Shown: positions 51,682 to 62,878 of the stretch, piece by piece
Layout: each line of letters begins with the position of its first letter
How positions within the stretch are numbered: the stretch's first letter is position 1
DNA from: Thelocarpon superellum
Taxonomy: Eukaryota
Assembly (NCBI GenBank): GCA_026025795.1
Contig: JAPEUG010000033.1
Location: forward strand, 1-64,000
Length of the DNA: 64,000 bases
Direction of reading: 5' to 3'
The notes under the pieces: model-generated
Told to the model about the DNA's origin: nothing
Seen by the model: only the letters and a program-made list of their open reading frames with translations
Databases searched by the model: none
Made by a program: the position numbers and the translations under genes

Positions 51682-54444
51682 TCATTTTAGTGTGCTATCG
51701 ACCAGCTCCCGATAGATCTTCTTGACGTCCGCAACATCGGCCCTCAGCTCGTCCACCAGCTCGCTCTTCTCGCCCAGCATCTCGAGCGTCGTCTGGTAGC
51801 GCTCATTCAGCTGCGCCACCTCTGCTTCGAGCGTGCTGATCTTCTCGTCCGCCGAGCGCTTTTCCTCTACTTCTCGCATCAGCGACACGACCTCGGCCCG
51901 GGCCTCGTCGCGCTGGGTCGAGAGTCGGCTCAGCTCGTCTTTGGAGGCGGCCTTTTCGCTCTCGAGACGGCGGACCGCAGCACTCATCCGTTCCACGAGC
52001 TGCACCGACGGTCCGGCCCCCGTCGCGGAGCCGGAGATCATGTCGTTAATCGTGCGGTGTGGCGAGGAGCGGGTGTCAAACATGTCATCTTGATCGACGG
52101 TGTGTATCGATGGCGTCTCGGGAATGGCAAGCCCCATGGACAGTTGCGGCATGTACGAGGAGGAATTCTGCCGCCGTGGCAGGTCCTCCTCGGGCGTGCG
52201 TGTCGGCTGGGGGGGGTTCCGCCGGCTCGTCGGCCGCTCGGACGATCCGCCCGGCGTATCCGTCTGAAGGGGCGGACGGCGAGCCTGAGAGACGGAGAGG
52301 TCGGGGTTGGGGCTCCGGCGTATGGATGTCGACGGAGATTCGGTCCGAATCGACTTGGCCTCCTCTCGCCATCGCGCTCGCTCTTGATCGATGCGCTGCG
52401 AAAGGCTGTACTCCCACCCTTGCCGTTCTCGAGCAAAGTCGGCCCGCGTGTCCTTCAGCGTCGTCTCCGCCTGGTCAATGCGTCGTTGCACCTTGGCCAG
52501 TTGTTCTTGACATTCTGACAAGTCTCGCTCGAGAGACTGGACCTGATGATTTGATGTTTCGAGCTCATCCTCCAGCCGCTTCGACTTCACGTTCTGTCCC
52601 ATGACTTAGGATTGATGGAGATACAGTCGAGTCACGAAGCTGGACTCACCACTTCACGCGCTTTACGTCGCGTCTCGCTCTCTTTTCTCGTGAGCTCGTC
52701 CTTGTCCTTTTCCAAGTTCGTGACCCGGGTGAGCAAAGAGGCTTCGATGCCCTGCCAGTTCTCACTCGCCACGGCGTACTGTGTCTGCAAGGTCTCGATC
52801 TGTCGGAGGAGTTTGGCTTGCGCGTCGCCCGTCGCGCCCATCGAAACCTCTTCCGCTCGTGCTCGGAGAACCTCCATCTTGCTTTCCAACATCTACCAGC
52901 TCGTTAGCATCCATCTGATCGAGGATAGTGCGGTCGCGCATACCGCTTGCTCGCCCCGTAATTCAATCTCCGTCGCCCGGGCTTGCTCCTTCTCTCGCTC
53001 GGCCTTCTCCTTGAATGCTCGTAACTCGGCCCGGACTCGCTCCTCGGCCAGCTCTTTTTCAATCTTGGCGTTGGAGAGATCGTCTCGAAGGTCCTGCACC
53101 AACCTCCGCTCCGCCTCGAGCGCACCGGTCTGGGCGCGCGTGGCGGCCTCAGCGGCCTCGGCTTTGCTTTCGGCGAGCTGTGACTGTAAGGTGGAGACAG
53201 TTGACAGCGTGGAATCCCGGTCCGCCTTGACCCCCTCAAGCTCCTTGTCCACCTTGAGCAGCAACTTCAGCCGCTCATTCAGCCGCTTTTCGGCCTGTTC
53301 AGATAATCGCAATCGATGTCGGAGGTCCGCCGTTTCTTTTTCACTCATTTGTGATGATCGCTGCGCCTCCTGCCGCTTCTTTTCCTCCTCTTTCGCTGCG
53401 GATCGTAGTTTCTTGATCGTGGTCGTGTACTTCAGCTCGGACTTGGACAGCTTTTGTCCTTCCTCCATGAGCAAGGCAATCTGCTCGTCTTTTTCCGCCA
53501 CCTTCTTCTCCAGACTTCCGGGCGGCGCCACCGCGGCCGCCGTCCGGGCCGAATCAACCGCCTCTCGCGAGAGATATTGCAGTTTGGCTTGAAGGGCGTC
53601 GATCCGCTCGATGTACTCGTGCATCTCCTGCTGGCGTCGTAACTCGGCCGCCTCATGATCCGCACCCAGCTGCGCGAGCAAGGCCTCGTACTCCTCGGTT
53701 GAATGGGCCGCGGGGATTGTGCCGTTGGTCAAAGGGCCCATCTCCCGAGCGGATTCCGATGACGGTCGTGACGGGTCGGAGAGGTGTGAATCGGTCGACG
53801 GCCGGCTGGACAGTGCCGGATCAAGGGTGTTCGCAAGCGCCGAGACACCAAGGTTCACCGACTGGGCGTGATCGTCGGCGGTCATGTCCATGGACGCGTT
53901 GACCTCTGAAGTAACCTTGAGGTCTGGGGTGGAGACAGCCCGAGTCCCTTGGGCCGTCGCGTCCGTCGCCTCATCGAAAGAGTCGGACCGCAGAAGATCG
54001 ACGCTCGGGCGAGAGCTCTGGTTGTCCCTTGCCGGGCTCCCGGCACCCGATGAGAGCGCTGGAGAGGAGGGAGGATCATGATTCTCACGCCGGGCATTGT
54101 CCTTCTTCACGAGCGTTCGGGCGAGCCGTTCCTGTAGTCGATCGTGTGTTCGCGAGGCAGACGAGGTTCGAGATAGACCTACTGACTTGTTAGCTAAAAG
54201 AAGTGGCATCAGGGCTCCCCATGCCTGCCGTACCTCCTCCTCCCCGGGAAGCTTGGGTCGTCGGGGTCCCTGCCTTGGGGCTCAACTGCTCGGCCTTCGT
54301 ATCGTTTGACGCAGGGGCCTTGGTTGACGCCTCATCCCCGTCCGCTAGGATGGTATCGAGTCGGGACTCGACGCCAGCGACAGCCTGCTGCAGAAATGAA
54401 CCCCATCGTGACGACTGTCGCGATGGCTGTGCTGGGCTGGCCAT
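51682..54444 (-). CDS. SGM1: TATA element modulatory factor / golgin Sgm1 (coiled coil)
   Basis: Motifs DEQIALLMEEGQKLSK, LLRQIETLQTQY..ASENWQGIE and GPSVQLVERMSAAVRRLE...LEMLGEKSE. Confidence 0.92.
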
Positions 54445-55333
54445 GTGCCAATCGCGATCGAAGCACCGCTATCCAAGGTCGATCACAGTCACTGGTCGCG
54501 GAAACGGGATGGAGCATGGGATAGCTTCATCGTCTCATCCAGGCGTGGCTCGGAAAGACGAGCACCACTTCAACGAGGGTCCCTCGACACGTTTCCGAGA
54601 GCCGGGTGGGGTTCCACAAAGCATCCAGATCGCTGGAACAAGGGCGAGAACGCCAAGGTGAACGATCCACCGTGCGTGACCACGGGTCGCCCTCGCATCC
54701 AGGGATCGAGGAGATCTAATGACCTTTGGACGGCACGGCTGTATACGAGAACCGGAACTCGCCCAGGGCCCAAAGCTTTTTGTTCTTTATCGACGACCAG
54801 TACGTTGCACCTAAAATGCCGCCCCTCTCATGCGTCTGACAGCTCCTCTTAAAGAAATACTTGGTCCTTGCTACGTGTACTTCGTACTCTTGCTCGGCTC
54901 CATGTAACATAGTACAAGTGCGCGTTGGCATACGTAACGCACCCGGCAATTTGGCGAGTCTTGGCGAGTCTTGGCGTCTCAGCCGACCGGCAGCTGAGCT
55001 CGGCTGCTCACGGCTGGCCGCTCCCTCTTCTGATTCTGCCACCGTGGTGCGCGAGAGAGGCTATCCATGCTTGTGCGAGTACGGCGCCAGGCATCAGAGA
55101 GTAATCAATTCGCCCCGGGGCACCTCCTTCCCGTAACTGATCTATCAATACGTGGAACTATCGGGATACGGTGACATCTTCTATGAGTTGCAGAATCCCT
55201 TTCCAGTCCTAATCCACACGAAATGATGTCTTCAGTCTAAAGAAACGCCGACCGCGGGTATGACTTAATGACGCCGGCGTAGTGCATGACTTGTTCCGAC
55301 GCAGGGCGGAAGGAAAGAATCGCATGACCAGGC

Positions 55334-56532
55334 CTATCGATGTTTCTTGGTGGTGCCGTTCTGGCCGATGCCGTCAATGTGCTGGCGGTCGGAGTCGGGA
55401 TTCTTGACGATTTCGGGAAGATGAAGCCAGCTCCTCCAAACGAGAGCATATTCGTCTTGTTTCCCATTGAGACAATGTCGGAGCCAGATGCCCCAGACAA
55501 GATAAAAGTATGCCCCCGTACCAGTCATGAGGTGCCTAATGGAGGTGGAGCGTCAGCCACGACGACTTTGCGACACAAGACATGGGAACTCACCACCATC
55601 CATGACCTTCGAGCAGAATACCCCAGGGTAGGCCAATCTGGCGCCGCCAGCGCCGTATGTTGGAGCAGTAAGTATTGTCCAATGCCCAGATTCCAAAGCC
55701 CCCCAGGAAAACGGAGAGGCCACAGGCGACCAGCAGCCACATAAGCTTCAGCCGGTGCTCATCCAATCGATCACGAGACGACCGCCTCGACTTCTCTGCC
55801 CCATCAACGACCGTGCCATTGGCCAGATCAGTGCGGTCCTGCGCGTCTTGACGCCACGACGGACGGAGGCATGTCTCCATGATATACATGCTTCGGAAGA
55901 CCACCGTCGCCGTCAGTAGGGCATAGGCATTCTGGTGAAAGGCCGGATCTTGGAGATAGTGATAGTAGAGCGTGATGAAGATCGCAAGACCGACCAAGGA
56001 GATGGCCAGCACCACGCGAAAAGGGTGGGATTTCCGAAACGAAAAGGTGGCATAGCACATCAGACACGTGGTGTAGATCATGGAGAGCTCGTCGACCAAC
56101 TGCATCGGATCTAGGCGCGCCATCGAGCGCATCAGCACGTCGTACTTGGTATGGTGGGAGGATCACGACACGAGGGAAGGACGGGCGGAACCAACACTTG
56201 AGGGTGGTGTGGAAAAAGAAGCTGCCGAGCCCCACCAAGAAGTACCCCACGAACGCGACGGAGAAGATGGTGTCATGCTGATGGACGTAGCAATTCCTCA
56301 ATCCTTTAAAGGAAAGAAACATGAACAACAAATTGGTCAGGGTATTGACAATCTCCGCGGAATAGATAGTGGCATAGTAGTCCTGTCGCGCCGCTAGGGG
56401 TCAGTCTTTGAACGCTAGACCATCGGTGGGAATCGTGGGCACCTCTTCGCACCAATTCAGCGTCGAGGTGACAGGCTCCCAGAATCCCGGTTGGGACGGC
56501 GGATAAGGGAAGGACAGGTACGAAATGGCCAT
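55334..56532 (-). CDS. Alkaline ceramidase (Ypc1/Ydc1 family)
   Basis: Motifs TSTLNWCEEDY, AEIVNTLTN, GSFFFHTTL, MQLVDELSMIY and LLEGHGWWHLMTG. Confidence 0.95.
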
Positions 56533-56645
56533 GGTGAATGCTCGTCCTCCGGCGATGGGCGAGGTAAGCTAGACCGACGCAGCGGGGTCAATCGGGGAGT
56601 AAAGGCGAGCCGGGTCGTGGGAAACGAACGACGCAATTAATACGG

Positions 56646-56771
56646 CTTGAAAGCTCAACCGTTGTCAGCCGTGTCCATGGATGATCGGAAGAGCTGACGA
56701 AGATGAAATGGAGATAGCGATGTGGACGTAGATGGCGGGGAATCATCCATGGTGAGAACCGGACAGCTTAC
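56646..56771 (-). other. Putative 5'-UTR intron of the ceramidase gene with an internal 11-bp stem
   Basis: GTAAGC donor (56771), GCTGAC branch point (56669-56664), AAG acceptor (56646). Perfect inverted repeat at 56675-56685 / 56742-56752. Confidence 0.55.
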
Positions 56772-56934
56772 GAGTTTCGGGTGGGTGTGCCGTAGGCACA
56801 GAGGATGAATCAGGTGTCAGAGCTCGCTGCCCGTACGCTAGTGGGAGCTACGAGCTCTCCTGCGACGGACAAGGAACAGCGGTGGCGATAGCGAGTTACG
56901 GAGCCCTTCGTGAGAGTACGAGGCGTACCCTCGT

Positions 56935-57305
56935 AATTGTGGGACTACCACGCCTGCACGACGACCAACTAGGTCTATTGCAGCGCGTGATCTTTATCGT
57001 TTCACGGCACCGTCGCAGGTTCTCCCTGGCGGAATTTTGGGATCTCCCAGGGCGTAGGGACGGCGCACGGGTCAGTGTGATTACACAAGCGTCCAACTAG
57101 GTGGACGGTAATGCTGCTGTCTCTTTCTCGCGGAGCCTGATCAGACCGGTGCAGACCACACCTCTTCGGCCCTTTGCTCGAGACACCCAAGTCTACCTGC
57201 TTTACCATGCAGGAAATGGCAATGTGTCCAGGCAAGTCTGGCTCGGCCAAAGGAACGTAGCATCTGATGCTGAGCATGGTCGCTCTGCCCAAGGCTGACG
57301 AGGTG
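56935..57305 (-). ncRNA. Candidate structured ncRNA, box H/ACA snoRNA-like (~370 nt)
   Basis: Two branched hairpin domains folded by hand, with G-U pairs favouring the minus strand. ANANNA (ACAGCA, 57120-57115) lies between them and ACA+3 nt at 56940-56935. Two CCUAGUUGG side hairpins and a flanking long-range duplex. Confidence 0.6.
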
Positions 57306-57488
57306 TCTAGACATCTCCGCCGTAGTGACCTGACGCGATACGCGGCGAGCTGCGCATTTGCTATCGCCACCGTATCGTTCGGAGTACTCGTCCCCGCCTA
57401 CAATAGGCGGGAGCTATTTCAGTGCTGCCAGCGCTAACTCTTACCGCGCGCTCAATCCAACCGCTCGGCATCCAGGTCTAAGACAAGC

Positions 57489-57960
57489 ATGTCGATCCCA
57501 AACGAGGCCCTGCAAAAGGTGCGGATGTCTCTATCCAGGCTATAGCTACGGTCGCTAACGGACGAGGTGCAGCTAGTGCAGGAGATTGAGTCCCGGGCGG
57601 CTCAGGCCCAGCAGCAGATTAACATCGTCAAGACGCAAATCGCGGCGAAGCAACGAGATGCGCGTTTGTTGCAGCTCACGTCGAGCGAAGTGCGTGGTCT
57701 GCCCGCATCAACCAATGTCTACGAAGGGGTAGGCAAGATGTAAGTCCCACGCTGCCATGATCTGGGCGGATTCTCATCGTTTTGGCATCAGGTTTGTGCT
57801 CCGGCCGACGGGCGAGGTGGAGAAGAGGCTGGTCGGCGAAACGAGCGAGCTCACGTCCGACGTCTCGAGTCTGGAGAAGAAGCTGCACTATCTGGAGACG
57901 ACGCATAAGAACAGTCGGGAACACATCGACCAGATCTTTCGGTCAGGGGCGAGAGGATAA
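57489..57960 (+). CDS. PFD1: Prefoldin subunit 1 (beta type)
   Basis: MSIPNEALQKLVQEIE...VYEGVGKMFV...LEKKLHYLETT. Two introns. Confidence 0.95.
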
Positions 57961-59384
57961 AGGGGAGATGATGGTGGGAAGCGGCAGACATTACCCCAGC
58001 CTTGATCTTGAAGCACACATGTATCGCTCGCCTGCGTGGCTGGACACGCGGTCACGCGACGGGGCACGCTGGAAGTGCACACCCCCAGAGACCAGGCCCG
58101 CTGATAGCTACCACCGAGCGCCATCTGGTCACGATTCTCGTAGCCGCGGTCGGATGTCATCTACTTGGAGACGCCGTAGCCACAACCGGGCGTCAGGCGG
58201 ACCAATCATGCCCTGTCATCCGACGTCCGTTGTCATGCGAGCCGCCATAGAGTGGGGAATACCCGTGGCTGGATCGATCGAGACATGCACCGTTGGGTGA
58301 CACGAGGAGAAGCGTGGATGGTGTATGTATGAACGACTGCGCCTGATCATCGAAGCTTCATCGAACGGTCGCACATTGACTGCCTCTCAAGCGCGGACGT
58401 TGATGAGTCATTTTGCACGTCCACGATCCTGTCAGGCTGAGAGCCCGGGCCAAGGACATAAGTAGTAGCAGCAGCAGCATAAGCAGCAGTAGCAGCAGCC
58501 TGGCGAATGCCCATTGGCACGTGGGCATGTCCGCGGGCGAGCATGACAATGCCTGGCGCCACGGCCGAGCGGGTGGATACACCGCTCAGCCCTGGGAGAA
58601 TGCCACGGGCGCGCTCCAGCTGACCGAGAGATTTCCTCGGCTCAGAGTGGGGGAGGGGCTGGGTCGGAGTCGAGCTTTACGGGGCGCCTGATGGCTTGGA
58701 CCACTACCAGCGCACCGCCGCCACAAGCACCTCTGATCCGACGCTGCCTGGCTCATGCTGGATGTAAGCTGCAGGCAGTCTCGGCCCCAATGGGCGCTCC
58801 TCTGGTCGATGCCAGGTGTGCTGTCGCTGCGTCGTGGACCCCAACGACCGCTCCCATGCCATCTCGCACTTACCCCACCCCGCCGTGCCTCAGCTGCGGT
58901 GATGGTGGAAGGGCGGCGCAGGCGCAGTCACACATTGCGTATATGCCGTAATCCCTACGGGAGCAAAGGGGCTTGCCCCGGTCGGCCATGGATGACTTAC
59001 GTCGCCCCGTCGCTACTGGGAGTGATCTCGGGGGAAAGTTAGCGTCGACTGGCCATGAAGCGTGGCCATTATCGTCACGGTACAGTGCAAAGCCCGACGC
59101 AGACCACCGGACCGACTAGGCGGACGACGCATGTTGCGTGCAGCAGCGTTGGACACCGCTCATGATTCCTCGGGTCGTGATCGTCTGCACAACTAGCAAC
59201 GACCGACCAGGGTTGGGCGGAGTTATGTTATGGTGCCGCTGCCGGTAAGAATCGATTTCCCACGCGCGCTGCCAACCATACCGGAGGGACCTTGAAGAGG
59301 GATGGGGACCCCACACCTACGTCTTACTCGTTCTCGCTCTCGTGTTCTGCTCGCCCGCCGCCAGCCAGCCCAGTCACACCTTGA

Positions 59385-59411
59385 CCACCACCACCACCAC
59401 TACCACCACCA
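59385..59411. repeat. (CAC)n microsatellite
   Basis: Directly visible, about nine units with one interruption. Confidence 0.85.
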
Positions 59412-59654
59412 CCTCATTTCCCACACCAGTCTCCCCCCAGGATCTCGCCAACCACCCCATCCTCGTCTCGTATGACTCTCGATGCACTAGCACAGTCACC
59501 ACTGCGGATCCTGTCCATCTCGTGGATTTCCTAGGATTACGTCGTCCCGATCGTACGGACTTCTTCTGGCATCTCTGTCGGATCGTCGAATCGTCCGACC
59601 CCACCGCACGCGTCGTGCCATTAGCGGGCCCGGGTCCGCTCATCTTCCTCCACG

Positions 59655-60758
59655 ATGGGCACGCCATGGGATTACATGGAGCATCCGCAGTTTCTCCGTC
59701 CTGACGAACCCGTCGTCCTCCCTGGCGCCCGTCCGCCTCGCTTCCGTCACCGCATGTTCAGCGATGACTACGCACGTCCTCCAGCCTTCTACCCCGGCGA
59801 ACACGGGGGGATGTTTGTGCCAGAGCACGGGGCGGGGATGCACCGGACACGGTCGACAGGTCCTCGCCACGGGATGCCGGCCGCACCGCCGGTGGTCTTC
59901 AACAACTTCATCCACGAGGACGACTTGCGCGGCCGGCCATTGAGCGTCGGCGACGAGTGGGCCATGCGCGAGCACAGCCCCTTCCGCGAACACTCGCGAC
60001 ATGGCGCGCGCTTCTCACCACGCGCGCCATCGCCCTTCTACAAGTGGCAGTCGGAGGCGGAGAACGAGCATTTGCGCAAGCAGCTTGACGAGCTCAAGCG
60101 CGAGAAGGACAAGGCGGCCGAGGAGGAGCGGCTCAAGCAAGAGATGATACTGAAGCTGGCGCTCAAGGAGAAGAAGGAACGCGAGGACGCGGAGAAGCGC
60201 AAGGAGATTGAGAAACAAGCCATCATCGACTTCAAGCGCAAGGAGGTGGAGGAGAAGGAGAAGAAGAAGAAGGAGGAGGCGAAGCGGGAGGAGGAATATC
60301 GAGCGCGACTACAGAAGGACCTGGGTCTAACGGAGACCCAGGTGGCACGCATCGTCAAGAGCGAGGGCCAGAACGCTGTGGACCTGCGACGCACCACCTA
60401 CACCAAGATCGCGCGACGGCACGTGTCGATCGAGACGCTGCGCGAATACAATCTCCCCTTTAAGTTCGATGACGTGAGTCTTGCTATCCCCACTGTGCCC
60501 GCCCAACGCCGTTGTGTCCGCGCTGACGGATCGGCCTAGCATGACCCCGATCACTATGTGCTGATCAAACGCTGGGTGCCGGAATACGAGCAAGAACTCT
60601 TGTGGGACCACACCAAACGGATTCGCGAAGAGCGTACCGTGCGGGTTCGCCGTCTCGAGCTGACACGGGTGGCGGACGAGCGCAGGGCCAAGTTGCTGGT
60701 GGCCAAGAAACGGCCCAAATCGCCGGGCATGTTCGATTTCATCGCTGGGCGGAGATAG
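59655..60758 (+). CDS. Uncharacterised fungal protein with a charged coiled coil and a conserved-looking C-terminal domain
   Basis: 294-codon first exon and one intron (~60474-60539). C-terminal TYTKIARRHVSIETLREY..PF..D / YVLIKRWVPEYEQELLWDHT. Confidence 0.85.
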
Positions 60759-61046
60759 ACCGGGCGATGAGCCCTGAGACCACGAAGAAACGCCCCGACC
60801 ACGTCTGCACGTCTGCACGCTTTACGATGACACGCACGGCACGCTTGTCGAAGCACGTCGACGCACGTCGCTGCCGACCGCTCCATACCACTTTACGCCT
60901 TTGTCGATGTCGCAAGTGATCTTCTGATCGTCGACAACACTGTCTTCTGTCGATTTGTTCGTTGTGCGTGTCCTCTACCTTTCTGATCTACTCTTCTCCT
61001 GTCCTGTGGGTCTTTTCGCCCTTATCACCTCGTCTGGTCTTTGATA

Positions 61047-61082
<36 letters not shown>

Positions 61083-61083
61083 T
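61047..61083. repeat. (CAA/CAT)n microsatellite between convergent genes
   Basis: Directly visible. Confidence 0.85.
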
Positions 61084-61205
61084 GTCCAAAACACCTCGCA
61101 TGCTACCGGAACCTTGACCCTCGCGCCGTCGAGATTGTGCAGTGCCAAACAGGACATGTAAGAGATGAGCAGGGTATCTACGCCAGACTCGACGAGGTCA
61201 CGAAC

Positions 61206-62230
61206 TCATGGCATCACTTCCGTCGCTGGGTCCTTCCACCGTCCTTCTGCTCGGCGAATCAGCTCTTCGTAGAGCGTCCAGGCCAGCGCCGAACTCAGCG
61301 CTTTACGTGCCATGCGGAGGCCCAGCCCGTCAAACAGCGAGCGGACGCCGTCTTCCTGGACCATGATCCGTGCCGCCTTGGCCATGTTCTGGTAGCGTTG
61401 GGGCATTAGCTGCAGGCGGGTCTTGATGGCGTCAAACGGGTTGGTCATGGCCGTTGCAATGCCCGCGGCAACGGCGCCGGAAAGAAAATTGATGCCGGCC
61501 GAGGTCATTCCACTCATGTTGGACTCGATGGCCGCGGACACGGGTGTCGTCTGTGACAAAATGCTCAATCGCTTCTTGCTCTCTTCGTAACACAGCACGT
61601 ATAGCCCAGCATATGGCGCGTCTCGGGCCGCCGTGGCCCCAAAGCCAGAGAAGAAGCCTCGCAGGCCTTCGTGCCGCAGGATGTCGGATCCAGCCCCCCA
61701 AAGGGAGCGATAGGCGTAATAGCTAGACTCATAGCGGACCTTGATGACAGTGATGGGCATCATCATGAATCCCACCAACGCTCTCGCCATCGCTCCCGTC
61801 GTCAGGTTTGCCAACTTGGACAACTTTGGCAGCGATGACGAGCTATGTGGGGTGCCCAGGTCCATACCATCGGCCGCGACGAGGCCGGATCGGGCCACAT
61901 ATTGCCGTAGCGAATTCAAGCCGGAGAAATAGAAGGCGGAGCCAATCCCCGTGCGCAGAGCCGATGGCAGAGTCCCCCGCCACAGCTGCCGTAGCGGGCT
62001 CGGTCCATGGGCAATGACGCGGATCGTCTGGAGCAAGGAGTCGGAGCGCGATTGCTGGACCCGCGTCTTGAGGAGATCCGCGGGCTGGAGCAGGACGGCG
62101 GACAAGACGCCCGAGCTCAGCCCTGCGGCAAAATGGAAGGCTAGAGGTAGCGTCAGTCAGGTTGTCAATCTTTCATAGCATGGCCTTCCCTACTCGATGG
62201 CGCATTTCGACGTGGGGCATCGCTTGGCAT
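61206..62230 (-). CDS. HEM25: Mitochondrial glycine carrier (SLC25A38/Hem25)
   Basis: Three carrier signatures ([30 protein letters not shown]), plus RDAPYAGLY and [18 protein letters not shown]. One intron. Confidence 0.93.
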
Positions 62231-62878
62231 CGCGGCAGTCCCTACCCAGCTTCCGGCGGTTAGCTTGGCGGTGGGGAATGCATAAGTGAGGAGAGAGGTG
62301 GTGTTGTATTCTCAGCCAACTGTGGATCTACCGTCTATCGACCAGGAATCCTCCATGGCCATCGATGGAGTCATTGGAGGTATCTACTGCCTGGACGGAT
62401 TCTCTCCGCTCGCCTGGTTGTTCATTGCGATGCATCTTCACGTCATGGGATACGGTGAGGTATAAACACCATTTGGATCACACGAGGCGTAGCCAGCGAT
62501 ACTCGTCACGCAGCTCAGCTAACTCGGGTGGTCCGGTGGCGGAGCGAATGGCACGCGCCGCTCACCGCCATCGAGCGGAACAAGCCGTCAGTCGCTTGAA
62601 GGCGGCAGGATACGGTCGACCGCACGGACCAAGGGTGCTTAGATCCAGGCCTGATTCCAGCCACGACTGAATGACCAGAGCTTCGTCTCTGCGACGTGAT
62701 CTTTGACTGAATAATGCGCTCGACTGAGCTCGGAGCGGCAGTCCCGCGAAGAATCTCTGCCCGGAAGCACGGCCCTATCCCCACGTCGCTCGTCCTGCGT
62801 CCTACCGGGTCAGTCGCTTAACGCCGTTCCCCTCGTCCCACGTTATCACCGACAGGACGCTGGATACCCTCCTCCATC

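Noticed and set aside
56935..57305. Assignment as SRP, RNase P/MRP, spliceosomal snRNA, telomerase RNA or TPP riboswitch
   Set aside because: The diagnostic motifs are not present (SRP helix-8 GNRA stem, P4 consensus, U5 loop 1, telomeric template, TPP core).
56880..57372. MITE interpretation of the 13-bp inverted repeat
   Set aside because: No target-site duplication is visible, and strand-biased G-U pairing favours RNA structure. It cannot be fully excluded without a genome-wide search.
17368..57960. Two sphingolipid genes and two prefoldin genes in one window as a functional cluster
   Set aside because: They are separated by 16-36 kb of unrelated housekeeping genes, with no sign of co-regulation.
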